Source of the DNA: Deferribacterales bacterium
GTDB taxonomy: Bacteria; Chrysiogenota; Deferribacteres; Deferribacterales; Geovibrionaceae
Reading direction: 5' to 3'
Assembly: GCA_050251945.1 (NCBI GenBank)
Contig: JBFWLW010000005.1
Span: 32,001 to 96,000 of the forward strand
Length of the DNA: 64,000 bases
In this document: piece by piece, positions 28,604 through 38,483 of the stretch
Layout: every line of letters begins with the position of its first letter
Numbering within the stretch: the stretch's first letter is position 1
Position numbers and translations under genes: made by a program
Notes under the pieces: generated by a model
Database searches by the model: none
Seen by the model: only the letters and a program-made list of their open reading frames with translations
What the model was told of the DNA's origin: nothing

Positions 28604-29341
28604 TTAGTTTTTAAATATCTCAGCAAGATATTCCGTAAAACGTTTCCATGATTTTTCATCGGCGTCTTTGCGGTATGAAGGTGCGCCGAAAACAGTGAAC
28701 GCATGGGGTGCGCCGCTGTATGTGTGCATTTCGTGCTTAATGCCTGCTTTTTCCAGTGCTTTTGCAAGTTCGGCAAATGATTCCATACTGACAGACGCGT
28801 CGGCTGTTCCGTGAAATATCACAACTTCGCCTTTGGCTGTTGTCCAGCTCTGGTCGGGCGGTGTGTCCAGTCCGCCGTGAAAAGAGATGAACGATTTGAG
28901 CGGTACGCCTGTGCGCGCGTATTCAAGAGTTACGGTGCCGCCGAAGCAGTAGCCTGTCATAACTGCGTTGTCAACGTTCGCACCGAGCTTTTTAGCCGCG
29001 TCGTATCCTGCCGTGAGCAGTCTGCGCATTTTTGCTCTGTCAGCATAAAGCTCTCCGGTGAGACGCTTTTTATCTTCAACGGCTTCCGGACGCACACCCT
29101 TGCCGAACATATCCACCGCAAAGGCGGAATAGCCCAGCTTGTTCAGCATCGCCGCGCGCTGCATTTCATATCCGTCCAGACCGTTCCAGTCGTGGACGAT
29201 GAACACCAGCGGCGCTGTTTTTGATGCGGGCGCGTAGTAGCCTTCATATTCTTTTCCGTCTGATTTATAGGTAACAGATTCGCCGGCATAGACCGTCCCT
29301 GCAACGAACAGGGAACAAATAAAAGAGAGAAAAGTCTTCAT
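28604..29341 (-). CDS. Secreted dienelactone hydrolase family protein
   Basis: Signal peptide; GYCFGG, HGTAD, HAFT; start moved to MKTFLSF. Confidence 0.9.
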   Translation of the reverse strand: MKTFLSFICSLFVAGTVYAGESVTYKSDGKEYEGYYAPASKTAPLVFIVHDWNGLDGYEMQRAAMLNKLGYSAFAVDMFGKGVRPEAVEDKKRLTGELYADRAKMRRLLTAGYDAAKKLGANVDNAVMTGYCFGGTVTLEYARTGVPLKSFISFHGGLDTPPDQSWTTAKGEVVIFHGTADASVSMESFAELAKALEKAGIKHEMHTYSGAPHAFTVFGAPSYRKDADEKSWKRFTEYLAEIFKN

Positions 29342-29408
29342 ATCGGCTCCTTTTAGCGGTATTTCAACTAAAATCAGCGGATGTTGGCGATTTGGCAATA
29401 GATTTCTG

Positions 29409-29729
29409 TCAGCAGCATTCCGATTCGCATTTTTCAAGTGCGTGGATGGCGTCCCCGTCCTCAGCATTGTCAAAGAGTTCGCCTATCATGGATGCGCAGG
29501 AACAGACCAGATAAAGCAGTTCCTCTTTGGGGTCTTTCTGCGGGTCGCGCAGGTAGTATCCTTCGGGGATGCGACCAGTGAAGCGCTCCCAGTATACGTT
29601 TCCGTTCTGCGGGTCTTTCAGCAGACGCAGAAGATGGTCAACGACCTGACACGCATTCTCGAAACAGTTTATGTTTTTGAAGCTGACATAGCTTTCGTCA
29701 ACTTTTATCTCTTTTTTGCAGTTACACAT
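29409..29729 (-). CDS. cowN: N2-fixation sustaining protein CowN-like
   Basis: YVSF..I.C..NA, N.YWE.F, L.LV.S....I.ELF...ED..A...L...E.ECC pattern. Confidence 0.75.
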   Translation of the reverse strand: MCNCKKEIKVDESYVSFKNINCFENACQVVDHLLRLLKDPQNGNVYWERFTGRIPEGYYLRDPQKDPKEELLYLVCSCASMIGELFDNAEDGDAIHALEKCESECC

Positions 29730-29832
29730 TTTCCGACACCTTTTGATATTTTCTGCTGTTATACATAATAACACATATTATTTTAATGGTATTGCATGTA
29801 TAATTACTGACATTTTACGAAAAAGGTGAGTT

Positions 29833-30828
29833 ATGACCGAGGTGTCGGGCATTACATTTCAATATGTCGTGAAGGCTTTGGAGGCAAACACAGGCATATC
29901 CGCCGACGCGATGCTGGAGCATCTGGGGCTTGACGGATCTGTGTTTCAAAGCGGAAAGACCGACAGCGGCTTTCTTACGGCTGTGTTTCGCTATTGCATG
30001 GAAAAGACCGAAAATCCGCATCTGGCTCTTGATATCGGGCAGTCCATGCCTTATCAGTCACTTGGACTTCTGGGTTATCTGCTTCTGAACACGGCGAATC
30101 TCAAGCAGATGATCGAAAAGTTCAGCAGATACCAGCAGCTTGTCAGCAGGCTTCTGAAATTCCATATCTCTGACGACGGAAAATATTACAAATTTGCCGT
30201 ATATATTAATGAAAACAAAAATATCCCTGTTCCCGCCCACCACGCGGAGGTGCATCTGAGCGCCATACTGAACGTTCTTTCGCAGATACTGGGAAGGCAG
30301 GTTATCCCCGCCTATACTCATTTTTCGCAGAAACGGGTGAAGGACTGTAAAAAGCACCATGAGCTTTTCGGCGAGCATATCTTTTTTGAGAAGAACGAGA
30401 ACGCGCTGTTCTTTAAAAAAGATGAGCTGAATATTCCTGTCAGCAATGCGAACAGAACCATGCTGGAATATTTTGAGGCGCAGGCGAACGCCATCCTGCG
30501 GGAGATGGGGAACAGCTCGTGGTTCAGCCGTGTTGAAAAAGAGATACTTAAGAACATCGGCGACAGGAGTGTCACCATCGAGCTTGTGGCGGAAAGTCTG
30601 AACGTCGGGGTGCGAACTCTCCAGAACTACCTGAAAGGGGAGGGCAGGAGTTTTTCGCTGGCGCTGGCGAAAGTGCGCCGCAGTCTTGCCGAACATTATA
30701 TCCGAAACACAAAGCTGACGGACACCGACATCTCCGGAATGCTCGGATATTCAGAGGTAAGCGCCTTTTACAGGGCATATAAAAAGTGGAACCTAGCCAC
30801 CCCGAAACAACTCAGAAACGGTTCATAA
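29833..30828 (+). CDS. AraC family regulator (Arabinose_bd_2 N-domain)
   Basis: LGLLGYL; RTLQNYLK; LGYSEVSAFYRAYKKW. Confidence 0.92.
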   Translation: MTEVSGITFQYVVKALEANTGISADAMLEHLGLDGSVFQSGKTDSGFLTAVFRYCMEKTENPHLALDIGQSMPYQSLGLLGYLLLNTANLKQMIEKFSRYQQLVSRLLKFHISDDGKYYKFAVYINENKNIPVPAHHAEVHLSAILNVLSQILGRQVIPAYTHFSQKRVKDCKKHHELFGEHIFFEKNENALFFKKDELNIPVSNANRTMLEYFEAQANAILREMGNSSWFSRVEKEILKNIGDRSVTIELVAESLNVGVRTLQNYLKGEGRSFSLALAKVRRSLAEHYIRNTKLTDTDISGMLGYSEVSAFYRAYKKWNLATPKQLRNGS

Positions 30829-30912
30829 TATCTGTCGTTGCTCATAACGAATTACAATCTTCAGAATCTATGCTAATATAGAAATAATTATTCACTTATA
30901 CCGGAGTGTTTT

Positions 30913-33363
30913 ATGAGACAATTTCTTGTATTGATATGTATATTAACCTTTTCGGCAGTTTTGTTTGCCGGATGCGGTTCTTCAGGCGGTTCAGACGGCA
31001 AAAAGACTGAAACGGTCAAGGTCGGCGCTCTTCTGCCCCTTACAGGTTCTATGGCAGCCACAGGAAAAGGTATGGAAACTGCTGTCATGCTGGGTATTGA
31101 GGATGTGAACAGACACCTTGAGGTTGCGGATTCTTCCGTTCGGCTTAGTGCTGTGTATGCGGATTCCGCCACAGACCCGTCCACTGCGCTTGCAAAACTG
31201 AAAGAATTTAAAGCGCAGGGGATAAAATTTGTAATAGGTCCTGGAAGCAGTGCCGAAGCGGAGGCTGTTCTGGACTATGCAAACGCAAACGGCATCCTTC
31301 TGATAAGCAGCAGTACCGCGCCATCTCTCGCCATTGCCGATGATAACCTGCTGAGACTTGCACCCTCTGATGAAAATCAGGCGAAAGGGCTTGCCATGAT
31401 GATGAACAGGAACGGACATTCCAGACTTATTACGGTTAATCTTGACAACAACTACGGAAATGAGCTTTCTGCGGCTGTGCGCTCAGAGTTTACTGCTCTC
31501 GGCGGCGGAGTTGAGGCTTCTCTTTCATATCCGGCAGGTACGCAGGATTTTTCTGCTCTCGTTACGCAGATAAAGACAGCAGTTGACGCGGCTGTCACCG
31601 CTTACGGTGCATCTGCTGTGGCGGTTCAGCTTTCATCTCTTGAAGAGGCGGTTGCTCTTTTTGATGCCGCCGGAGGAACGACCCTTGAAAGCGTTAAGTG
31701 GTACGGAAGCGATGGAAACGCAGACCACAGTATATTCTTTGCAAATGCTGATGCGGCGGCTTTTGGTGCGGCTGTTTCGTTCATGAGCCCTGAATTTACC
31801 GTTGACGAGGAATCGCTCGCAATGCCTAAAAAAGTTATTCCTGACAGGTCTCTCAGAGAAAAAATATATTTGCAGAACGGCGGTGTAACAAGCGTTTCGT
31901 CACTCATAGGGTACGATGCGGCATGGCTCATCGGTCTTGGGCTGATGGAAAAGGGTGCATCCGCCTCCGCGCAGGATGTTATAAAGAAAATTTTTGATGT
32001 GACAACCGACACGGAACCCGGTATTGCGGGAGTCAGCGGGCGGCTTGAACTCACAGCCGCAGGTGACAAAGAGGACAGCGGCTACAGCTTTCACCAGATG
32101 GTGAGCGCCTCCTCGTCTCAGGTTACATACGCCTACACATTTTCAGGTGTCACCCCGCAGATAATCGCAGTTTCTTCAACAGCCATAAGCCTGCCGGATT
32201 TTCCCGGCGGAATTTTGAAAATAGGCGTACTTGTTCCCATGAGCGGCGGACTGTCGCAGGCAGGAGTATCCGCACTGAAAGGCATTGAAGAAGCGGCGGC
32301 TTCACTGAACAGCTACTACACCTTCTATGGTTCTTCCAACAGGGTTTCGCTTTCGGTTAAAGACACGGCGACAGACCCTGATACTGCTGTTGCGGCGCTC
32401 AAAAAACTGCATGACGCAGGTATTACACTTGTTACAGGTGTTATCAGCAGTTCCGTTGCGGAAGCTCTGCTGCCATATCTTAATTCATATGGTATGACGC
32501 TTATCTCTCCGGCGGCGACATCTGATTCGCTGGCTGTTGACGGCGACAGCCTTTTCAGGTTTATCCTTCCCGATGCAGAGATGGCAAACGCTCTGGCTAT
32601 GATGCTGAAAGAGGATGGAAAAACCGATGTTACTGTCATTTACAGAAATGATGTGTGGGGAAAAGGACTTTCCGACAGCATAAATAATTATCTGACAGCC
32701 AACGGAGAAAATTTGAAAGCTGCTGTAGGGTACACTCCCGGCTCGCTTTCGTCATACAAAAACGCAGTGAACAGTGCCGCGGATGCAGTAGCAGCTTCCG
32801 CCGACGGGAAAAGCGCCGTTCTTCTGCTTTCCTATGAAGAGGGTACGCAGATTCTTGAATACGCATCACAGGAATCAGCCCTGAAAAAAGCGGCATGGTA
32901 CGGCGGTGACGGATTTGCGAAAAACTCTTCACTGTTCGATTCGGCAACAGCGGCAAACTTTGCTGAGGAGACTGGTTTCACATGCGCAATATACTCTATC
33001 ATTGAGGTTGGCAGCAAAACGGTGCCTGAGCCTATATCGAGAATGGTAGTGCGTGACAGACTGCACAAAGAACTCGGCTATGATCCCATCACCTATGCAT
33101 ATACGGCATGGGATTCAATCTGGATTGGTGCACTTGCCTACGGCGCGTTTGTCGGCGATTCCACGTCAACACTTAGCGGTCAGATAAACACTATGGCGGG
33201 TAAATATATAGGACTCAGCAACTTCATGGCGCTGAATTCGGCAGGAGACAGACGTTTCGGAGAATACGGATTCTTTACTGTGGAGGACGGCGGGTGGGCG
33301 CTTACTGCGACATACCACCACACGCCGATAGATTTCCCGACACCTACAATAACCAGACCATAG
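30913..33363 (+). CDS. Lipoprotein with two tandem LivJ-like type I solute-binding domains
   Basis: Lipobox FAGC; KVGALLPLTG and KIGVLVPMSG; repeated D.ATDP.TA and WYG.DG.A. Confidence 0.85.
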   Translation: MRQFLVLICILTFSAVLFAGCGSSGGSDGKKTETVKVGALLPLTGSMAATGKGMETAVMLGIEDVNRHLEVADSSVRLSAVYADSATDPSTALAKLKEFKAQGIKFVIGPGSSAEAEAVLDYANANGILLISSSTAPSLAIADDNLLRLAPSDENQAKGLAMMMNRNGHSRLITVNLDNNYGNELSAAVRSEFTALGGGVEASLSYPAGTQDFSALVTQIKTAVDAAVTAYGASAVAVQLSSLEEAVALFDAAGGTTLESVKWYGSDGNADHSIFFANADAAAFGAAVSFMSPEFTVDEESLAMPKKVIPDRSLREKIYLQNGGVTSVSSLIGYDAAWLIGLGLMEKGASASAQDVIKKIFDVTTDTEPGIAGVSGRLELTAAGDKEDSGYSFHQMVSASSSQVTYAYTFSGVTPQIIAVSSTAISLPDFPGGILKIGVLVPMSGGLSQAGVSALKGIEEAAASLNSYYTFYGSSNRVSLSVKDTATDPDTAVAALKKLHDAGITLVTGVISSSVAEALLPYLNSYGMTLISPAATSDSLAVDGDSLFRFILPDAEMANALAMMLKEDGKTDVTVIYRNDVWGKGLSDSINNYLTANGENLKAAVGYTPGSLSSYKNAVNSAADAVAASADGKSAVLLLSYEEGTQILEYASQESALKKAAWYGGDGFAKNSSLFDSATAANFAEETGFTCAIYSIIEVGSKTVPEPISRMVVRDRLHKELGYDPITYAYTAWDSIWIGALAYGAFVGDSTSTLSGQINTMAGKYIGLSNFMALNSAGDRRFGEYGFFTVEDGGWALTATYHHTPIDFPTPTITRP

Positions 33364-33370
33364 AAAAAAC

Positions 33371-33394
33371 AGGGGGCGGAATATACCGCCCCCT
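33371..33394. terminator. Hairpin between convergent genes
   Basis: AGGGGGCGG-aatata-CCGCCCCCT. Confidence 0.75.
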
Positions 33395-33415
33395 GATAAA
33401 TAAGAGAAATCAGTA

Positions 33416-35302
33416 TCAGTTAGTTACTGACTTGAGGCAATAAGTGGAGGTATCAAGAGCCGGCAGAACCTTGCCGGGCAGATTTTCAAAATATTGCACA
33501 AGAGGAATGTAGTAAAGTATCGACGTATCTTCATAAACTGAAGGGTCTGCGTCGCGGACTCTTTTGAAGGAAAGGTAGTTATCTTTACCCTGAGCTGTGA
33601 ACGAGTTGGTTGCGACCGTATACACGGTGTTTGCTGCGATAGCCGACCATGTTCCTGCTGTTCTGTCCTGAACCTCAACATTGGTTATAACACTTCCTTC
33701 GGCACCGCTCAGATTTACATCGTACCTGAGTCCTGACGCGTATGGAAATGCTCCTGATGAGCCGGAGTGCAGCGAGTAGTATGCGGCTTCGTTGAGTACC
33801 TGAACAATATCAGATCCTTTCATATTTATCATTGCGACAGTGTTGGAGAACGGAAGAACTGCTATTATGTCTCCCATTGTTATTGTTCCCTGATTGATCG
33901 TTGTACGTACACCGCCTGCATTCTGGATAGCTATGTCTATAGCGGGGTTCGTTTGTTTGAACGCGTCGGTAACTATCTGGGCTGCATAGCTTCCTGTCGG
34001 TGTTGAGCCTGCTGTGAATGCAGAAGGGATTCTGTCGTATCCAAGTGTGGTTGTGACTGTTCCGACCACCTGCGACATAGCATCTGTTATCTGGTCTCTG
34101 TATGGTTTCAGTATATTCTCAATGGTCGTGTTGACTTCTTTGGTTCTTAAAAGACTGGTTTTGTTAATGGCAGCAACAAGGGCTGTTCTCACAGTTTCAG
34201 AAACATCGACAAAGGTACCTGTTCCGTCTTTCTGCTGGTAGGGACCGCCAACGGGGATGACCAGCTTTCCCTTTGCCATCTGCGCGATACCGTCGGCAGA
34301 GAAATCCACGTCAAGTATCCCCACCGCTCTGGCGTAGCACCATGCCGTAACAACGTGAACAGGGTTGCCGTCCGGAGCAGAGACTGTGGTCGGGTAAGAA
34401 CCGAGATCCTCTTCTTTTATGCCGTCATGAGTGTATCCTTCAAAAGGACCTGTCTGGTTGTCGTATGTTTGCGTCAGCCCTACCTCAGCAAGCTGTGAAG
34501 GGTTGCCTAACAGGTCATGGGTGTCGCCTCCGACTATAACGTCGATGCCTGAAACATTTTTTGCAAGCAGCAGGTCGTTGTAGTATCCAAGGTGACTGAC
34601 AAGGATTATCTTGTTAATTCCCTGAGCGGTGAGTTCGGCAACATATTTTTTCGCCGTGGCAATTTCGTCTGAAAATTCGACGTCATCTGATACCATTGAC
34701 GAATTTTTTGTCTTTTCAACTTTGAGAATACCGAGAAGGGCTATCTTCTGCCCGTCTATTTCTTTGATTACATAAGGTTTTATCTTGTCCTTAACCCTGT
34801 AGAGAGGACTTTCCGGTTTGGGAGTTATGTTTGAAGAGAGGATAGGGAAGTTCGCTATCTCAATAAGTTTTGCAAGTCCTTCGTCCCCTTCGTCAAACTC
34901 GTGGTTGCCCAGAGTATACCCGTCAAGAGCAAGCTCGTTAAAGACTTTGAAGTCAGGTTCGCCTTTGAACATTGAGAAATACAGCGTTCCGTTCAGCTCA
35001 CCGCTGTTCACAACGATGCTGTTTGATGTTCTTTCTTCCTGTATTACCTCTGCCAGCCGGGCAAAGCCGCCCATTTGTACACGTGTGACCACACCGTCGA
35101 TAGTTAAATCATATGCCGAACTGTCCAGATACGAGTGGTGATCGTTAGTGTGGATCAGCTTAACGCTGACAGCCGAGTTTTTCGGCGTATTGTCCTGCGG
35201 TTCGTCGTCATTGTCATCGTTTCCGCATGAGTACAGTAAAGCGCTGAGACTGATAACCAGTGCGAAATGCAAAAGCAGTTTTGTCCACTTTTTTGAATAC
35301 AT
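33416..35302 (-). CDS. 5'-nucleotidase lipoprotein (NadN/UshA family)
   Basis: Lipobox LYSC; HTNDHHS, GNHEFD, LVSHLG, NAGGVR, LPFSN. Confidence 0.92.
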   Translation of the reverse strand: MYSKKWTKLLLHFALVISLSALLYSCGNDDNDDEPQDNTPKNSAVSVKLIHTNDHHSYLDSSAYDLTIDGVVTRVQMGGFARLAEVIQEERTSNSIVVNSGELNGTLYFSMFKGEPDFKVFNELALDGYTLGNHEFDEGDEGLAKLIEIANFPILSSNITPKPESPLYRVKDKIKPYVIKEIDGQKIALLGILKVEKTKNSSMVSDDVEFSDEIATAKKYVAELTAQGINKIILVSHLGYYNDLLLAKNVSGIDVIVGGDTHDLLGNPSQLAEVGLTQTYDNQTGPFEGYTHDGIKEEDLGSYPTTVSAPDGNPVHVVTAWCYARAVGILDVDFSADGIAQMAKGKLVIPVGGPYQQKDGTGTFVDVSETVRTALVAAINKTSLLRTKEVNTTIENILKPYRDQITDAMSQVVGTVTTTLGYDRIPSAFTAGSTPTGSYAAQIVTDAFKQTNPAIDIAIQNAGGVRTTINQGTITMGDIIAVLPFSNTVAMINMKGSDIVQVLNEAAYYSLHSGSSGAFPYASGLRYDVNLSGAEGSVITNVEVQDRTAGTWSAIAANTVYTVATNSFTAQGKDNYLSFKRVRDADPSVYEDTSILYYIPLVQYFENLPGKVLPALDTSTYCLKSVTN

Positions 35303-35545
35303 TTTTGAGATACCCCCTTTAAAATTAGTAAGCGTACTTTATCGTGTATTTTTCATGGATGTATTATGCATAAGTCAGGGAAATGAGATTTAATTGAAGT
35401 TAATATCATTTATAATTGGATATATGCTCTGTGCAGGCGGGAATACCTGCTTATTTAATCGAATTTTTGAAATTGGATAAGTTAACGGTTGAGGTGCGTT
35501 CTTTTATTTAGTATCATCACCACAAATCTATTTCGGGAGATGACG

Positions 35546-36811
35546 ATGAATATCTTCGAGGAATCCAAAAAATTTATTCCCGGCGGCGTAAACAGCCCCG
35601 TGCGTGCATATGGCTCCGTAGGCGGCGATCCTGTTATTGTTAAGAGCGCGAAAGGCTCCAAAATTTACAGTGAAGACGGTAAAGAATACATAGATTACAT
35701 AGGTTCGTGGGGTCCCATGATAACAGGTCATGCCGATGACGATATCATAAATGCAGTCAAACACGCCGCAGAGCTGGGCACCAGCTTCGGCGCACCCACC
35801 AAGGCGGAACTGGACATCGCAAAACTCATATGCGAAATGGTTCCTTCTGTTGAGATGGTTCGTCTGGTGAGTTCAGGCACGGAAGCGCTTATGAGCGCCA
35901 TCCGTCTTGCACGCGCATACACCAGGCGCGACAAGATAATCAAATTTGAGGGCTGCTACCACGGTCACTCCGACAGCCTTCTCGTGAAATCAGGCAGCGG
36001 ACTTCTGACATTCAACGAACCATCAAGTCCCGGCGTTCCGGAAGATTTTGCAAAACACACGCTGATAGCTCAGTACAACGATATCGAATCCGTTAAAAAA
36101 CTTATATCCGAGAACAAAGGACAGATAGCATGTCTTCTTGTTGAACCCGTTGCCGGCAACATGGGGCTGGTGCTTCCAAAAGACGGTTTCCTTGCCGATC
36201 TGCGCAAAGCCTGCGACAGCGACGGAATTCTTCTGCTTCTGGATGAGGTTATCACCGGTTTCCGCATTGCGAAAGGCGGTGCACAGGAATATTACGGCGT
36301 GATGCCCGATATCACCACCATGGGCAAGATAATCGGCGGCGGACTTCCTGTGGGCGCATTCGGCGGCAGGCGCGATCTGATGCAGATGATGTCCCCCGTG
36401 GGTCCTGTTTATCAGGCGGGAACACTGTCCGGCAACCCTCTTGCCACTGCAGCGGGGATAACTATGCTCACCAAACTTTCTCAGCCCGATTTCTATAAAA
36501 ATCTGAAAGCGAAAGCGGATATTCTTTACGATGCTATGGCGGACAACAGCAAAAAACTGGGGCTGAACTACGCGTTCAACCGCGTGGAATCCCTCGCGTG
36601 TCTGTTCTTCACCGAAGGACGCGTGGAAAGCTTTCAGGACGCCATGAAATCCGACACTAAAAAATATGCGAAATTCTTCCACGAGATGCTGAACAGAGGA
36701 GTAAACCTTGCTCCCAGCCAGTTCGAGGCTATGTTCGTATCCTCCGCACACACGGAAGAAGATCTGGAAAAAACTGCAAAAGCACATTACGAAAGCCTTA
36801 AGGCTCTGTAA
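35546..36811 (+). CDS. hemL: Glutamate-1-semialdehyde aminomutase
   Basis: PGGVNSPVRA, GCYHGH, GKIIGGGLP, YQAGTLSGNP. Confidence 0.97.
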   Translation: MNIFEESKKFIPGGVNSPVRAYGSVGGDPVIVKSAKGSKIYSEDGKEYIDYIGSWGPMITGHADDDIINAVKHAAELGTSFGAPTKAELDIAKLICEMVPSVEMVRLVSSGTEALMSAIRLARAYTRRDKIIKFEGCYHGHSDSLLVKSGSGLLTFNEPSSPGVPEDFAKHTLIAQYNDIESVKKLISENKGQIACLLVEPVAGNMGLVLPKDGFLADLRKACDSDGILLLLDEVITGFRIAKGGAQEYYGVMPDITTMGKIIGGGLPVGAFGGRRDLMQMMSPVGPVYQAGTLSGNPLATAAGITMLTKLSQPDFYKNLKAKADILYDAMADNSKKLGLNYAFNRVESLACLFFTEGRVESFQDAMKSDTKKYAKFFHEMLNRGVNLAPSQFEAMFVSSAHTEEDLEKTAKAHYESLKAL

Positions 36812-36817
36812 TAAAAT

Positions 36818-37060
36818 ATGTCAAAAAAAAGAGAAGTTGATCAGTTTGTAAAAAGAATGGCAAACGCCAGCTCGGTGGGAACATCGCTGGCGTTCTCCGT
36901 TATCATTGGCGGCGCCATGGGCTGGTGGCTGGACAAAACGTTCGGAACAAAACCGTGGCTTTTCCTGCTTTTTCTCATATGCGGGATAATTGCCGGATTT
37001 AAAAACATGGTTTACTTTTTAAAGAAAACTGATCTGCTTGATGATGAAGATCGAAAATAA
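36818..37060 (+). CDS. atpZ: AtpZ/AtpI (gene 1) family protein
   Basis: GWWLDK.FGTKPW; position before atpI/atpB. Confidence 0.85.
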   Translation: MSKKREVDQFVKRMANASSVGTSLAFSVIIGGAMGWWLDKTFGTKPWLFLLFLICGIIAGFKNMVYFLKKTDLLDDEDRK

Positions 37061-37412
37061 AATATTAATTCTATCGTTGATTTTTTGTGGAATATTGTAT
37101 ACAGTATCCACGTTTATATTTGAACCTGCGTTTTGTAATGGCGTTCCGGCCGGTTTTGTGCTTGGCGCAGTGAACTTCCGCTACCTTGCAAAGGGTGTGC
37201 GGAGAGTTACGGAAGAGGGCAGGCCGGGTCTGATGGTTCTCTGGGGAATGCTCAGACTGCTGGTGTCCGGTGTTTTTGTATGGTACTGTATTGTACCGCT
37301 TAAATTAAACGTTACAGGTATGCTGGTCGGGCTTACTATCCTGCCCGTGTGTGTGCCGATTGTTGCGATATATAACAACTTAAAGGGGAAGAATGATGGA
37401 ACACCCGCTTAA
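37041..37412 (+). CDS. atpI: ATP synthase protein I
   Basis: 4 TM helices; NFRYL and LRL motifs; operon position. Confidence 0.75.
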   Translation: MMKIENKILILSLIFCGILYTVSTFIFEPAFCNGVPAGFVLGAVNFRYLAKGVRRVTEEGRPGLMVLWGMLRLLVSGVFVWYCIVPLKLNVTGMLVGLTILPVCVPIVAIYNNLKGKNDGTPA

Positions 37413-38067
37413 CGTATCCATGCTCTTCGGCATGGAATTTTCCCATACCTATTGGCACGTTGTAATGACGTTCATCGTTGTGCTGGTTTGCCTTGCTCTG
37501 GGCAGTTTTACACTGCGCGCCAAAGCAGAGGTTCCCGGCAGAGGTCAGAACGCAGTCGAGCTTCTGGTCAAATCGATCTACGGCATGTGTGACGATGTTA
37601 TGGGACATCACGGAAGACCTTACATTCCCGTTATCTTTGGAATAGGGCTTTATGTCGCTTTTTCAAACCTGATGGGTCTGATTCCCGGTTTTCTTGCTCC
37701 CACGTCGAACCTCAATTCGACAGTTGCTCCCGCACTGGTGATTTTCTTTCTGTACCAGTATATCGGTATAAAAACCCACGGCTCTCATTATATCAAGCAT
37801 TTCCTCGGACCGGTTTCATGGCTTGCCCCTCTGATGCTCATCATTGAGCTTATCGGACACCTTGCAAGACCTCTTTCCCTGTCCATGAGGCTCTTTGGTA
37901 ACATATTCGGTGAAGACCTCGTTATCATCATTCTGTTCATGCTTGTTCCGTTCCTTGTTCCGCTGCCCATGTTCTTTCTGGGCATATTCACAGGTCTGCT
38001 TCAGGCGTATGTGTTTATGATGCTTTCTATGATCTATATCAGTGGTGCACTTGAAGAAGCACACTAA
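37396..38067 (+). CDS. atpB: ATP synthase Fo subunit a
   Basis: [26 protein letters not shown]. Confidence 0.96.
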   Translation: MEHPLNVSMLFGMEFSHTYWHVVMTFIVVLVCLALGSFTLRAKAEVPGRGQNAVELLVKSIYGMCDDVMGHHGRPYIPVIFGIGLYVAFSNLMGLIPGFLAPTSNLNSTVAPALVIFFLYQYIGIKTHGSHYIKHFLGPVSWLAPLMLIIELIGHLARPLSLSMRLFGNIFGEDLVIIILFMLVPFLVPLPMFFLGIFTGLLQAYVFMMLSMIYISGALEEAH

Positions 38068-38093
38068 GAGATATAACTAATACGGAGGACAAA

Positions 38094-38411
38094 ATGTCTA
38101 AACTTGTAAGAATCGTTCTTTCTGTTGCTGCTCTTTTCGCAGTTGCAGGCGTAGCTTCCGCTGCTGAAGCAGGTGCTGTTGCAGATGCTTCATGGGCAAA
38201 ATACATCGGTGCAGGTCTTGCTATCGGTGTTGCGGCTCTTGGTACCGGTATCGGTCAGGGTAACGCTATCAAAGGTGCTGTTGAAGGTATCTCAAGAAAC
38301 CCCAGCGCTGCTGGTAAAATCTCTACAACAATGATCATCGGTCTTGCACTGATCGAATCACTCGCTATCTACGCGCTTGTTGTAGCTCTTATCCTTCTTT
38401 TCGTAGCATAA
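38094..38411 (+). CDS. atpE: ATP synthase Fo subunit c with N-terminal signal-like extension
   Basis: GTGIGQG, RNP loop, IESLAIY. Confidence 0.96.
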   Translation: MSKLVRIVLSVAALFAVAGVASAAEAGAVADASWAKYIGAGLAIGVAALGTGIGQGNAIKGAVEGISRNPSAAGKISTTMIIGLALIESLAIYALVVALILLFVA

Positions 38412-38427
38412 TATCAAAAATAATGAC

Positions 38428-38458
38428 GGGGCGGACATTTAACGGGTGTCCGCCCTTT
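38428..38458 (+). terminator. Hairpin after atpE
   Basis: GGGCGGACA ... TGTCCGCCC then T-rich tract. Confidence 0.65.
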
Positions 38459-38483
38459 CGGTTTTTTTATCTAGGGGGTTGCC

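Noticed and set aside
35546..38411. Incomplete ATP synthase operon as a novelty
   Set aside because: A split atpZ/I/B/E cluster apart from the b and F1 genes is known in several anaerobic lineages
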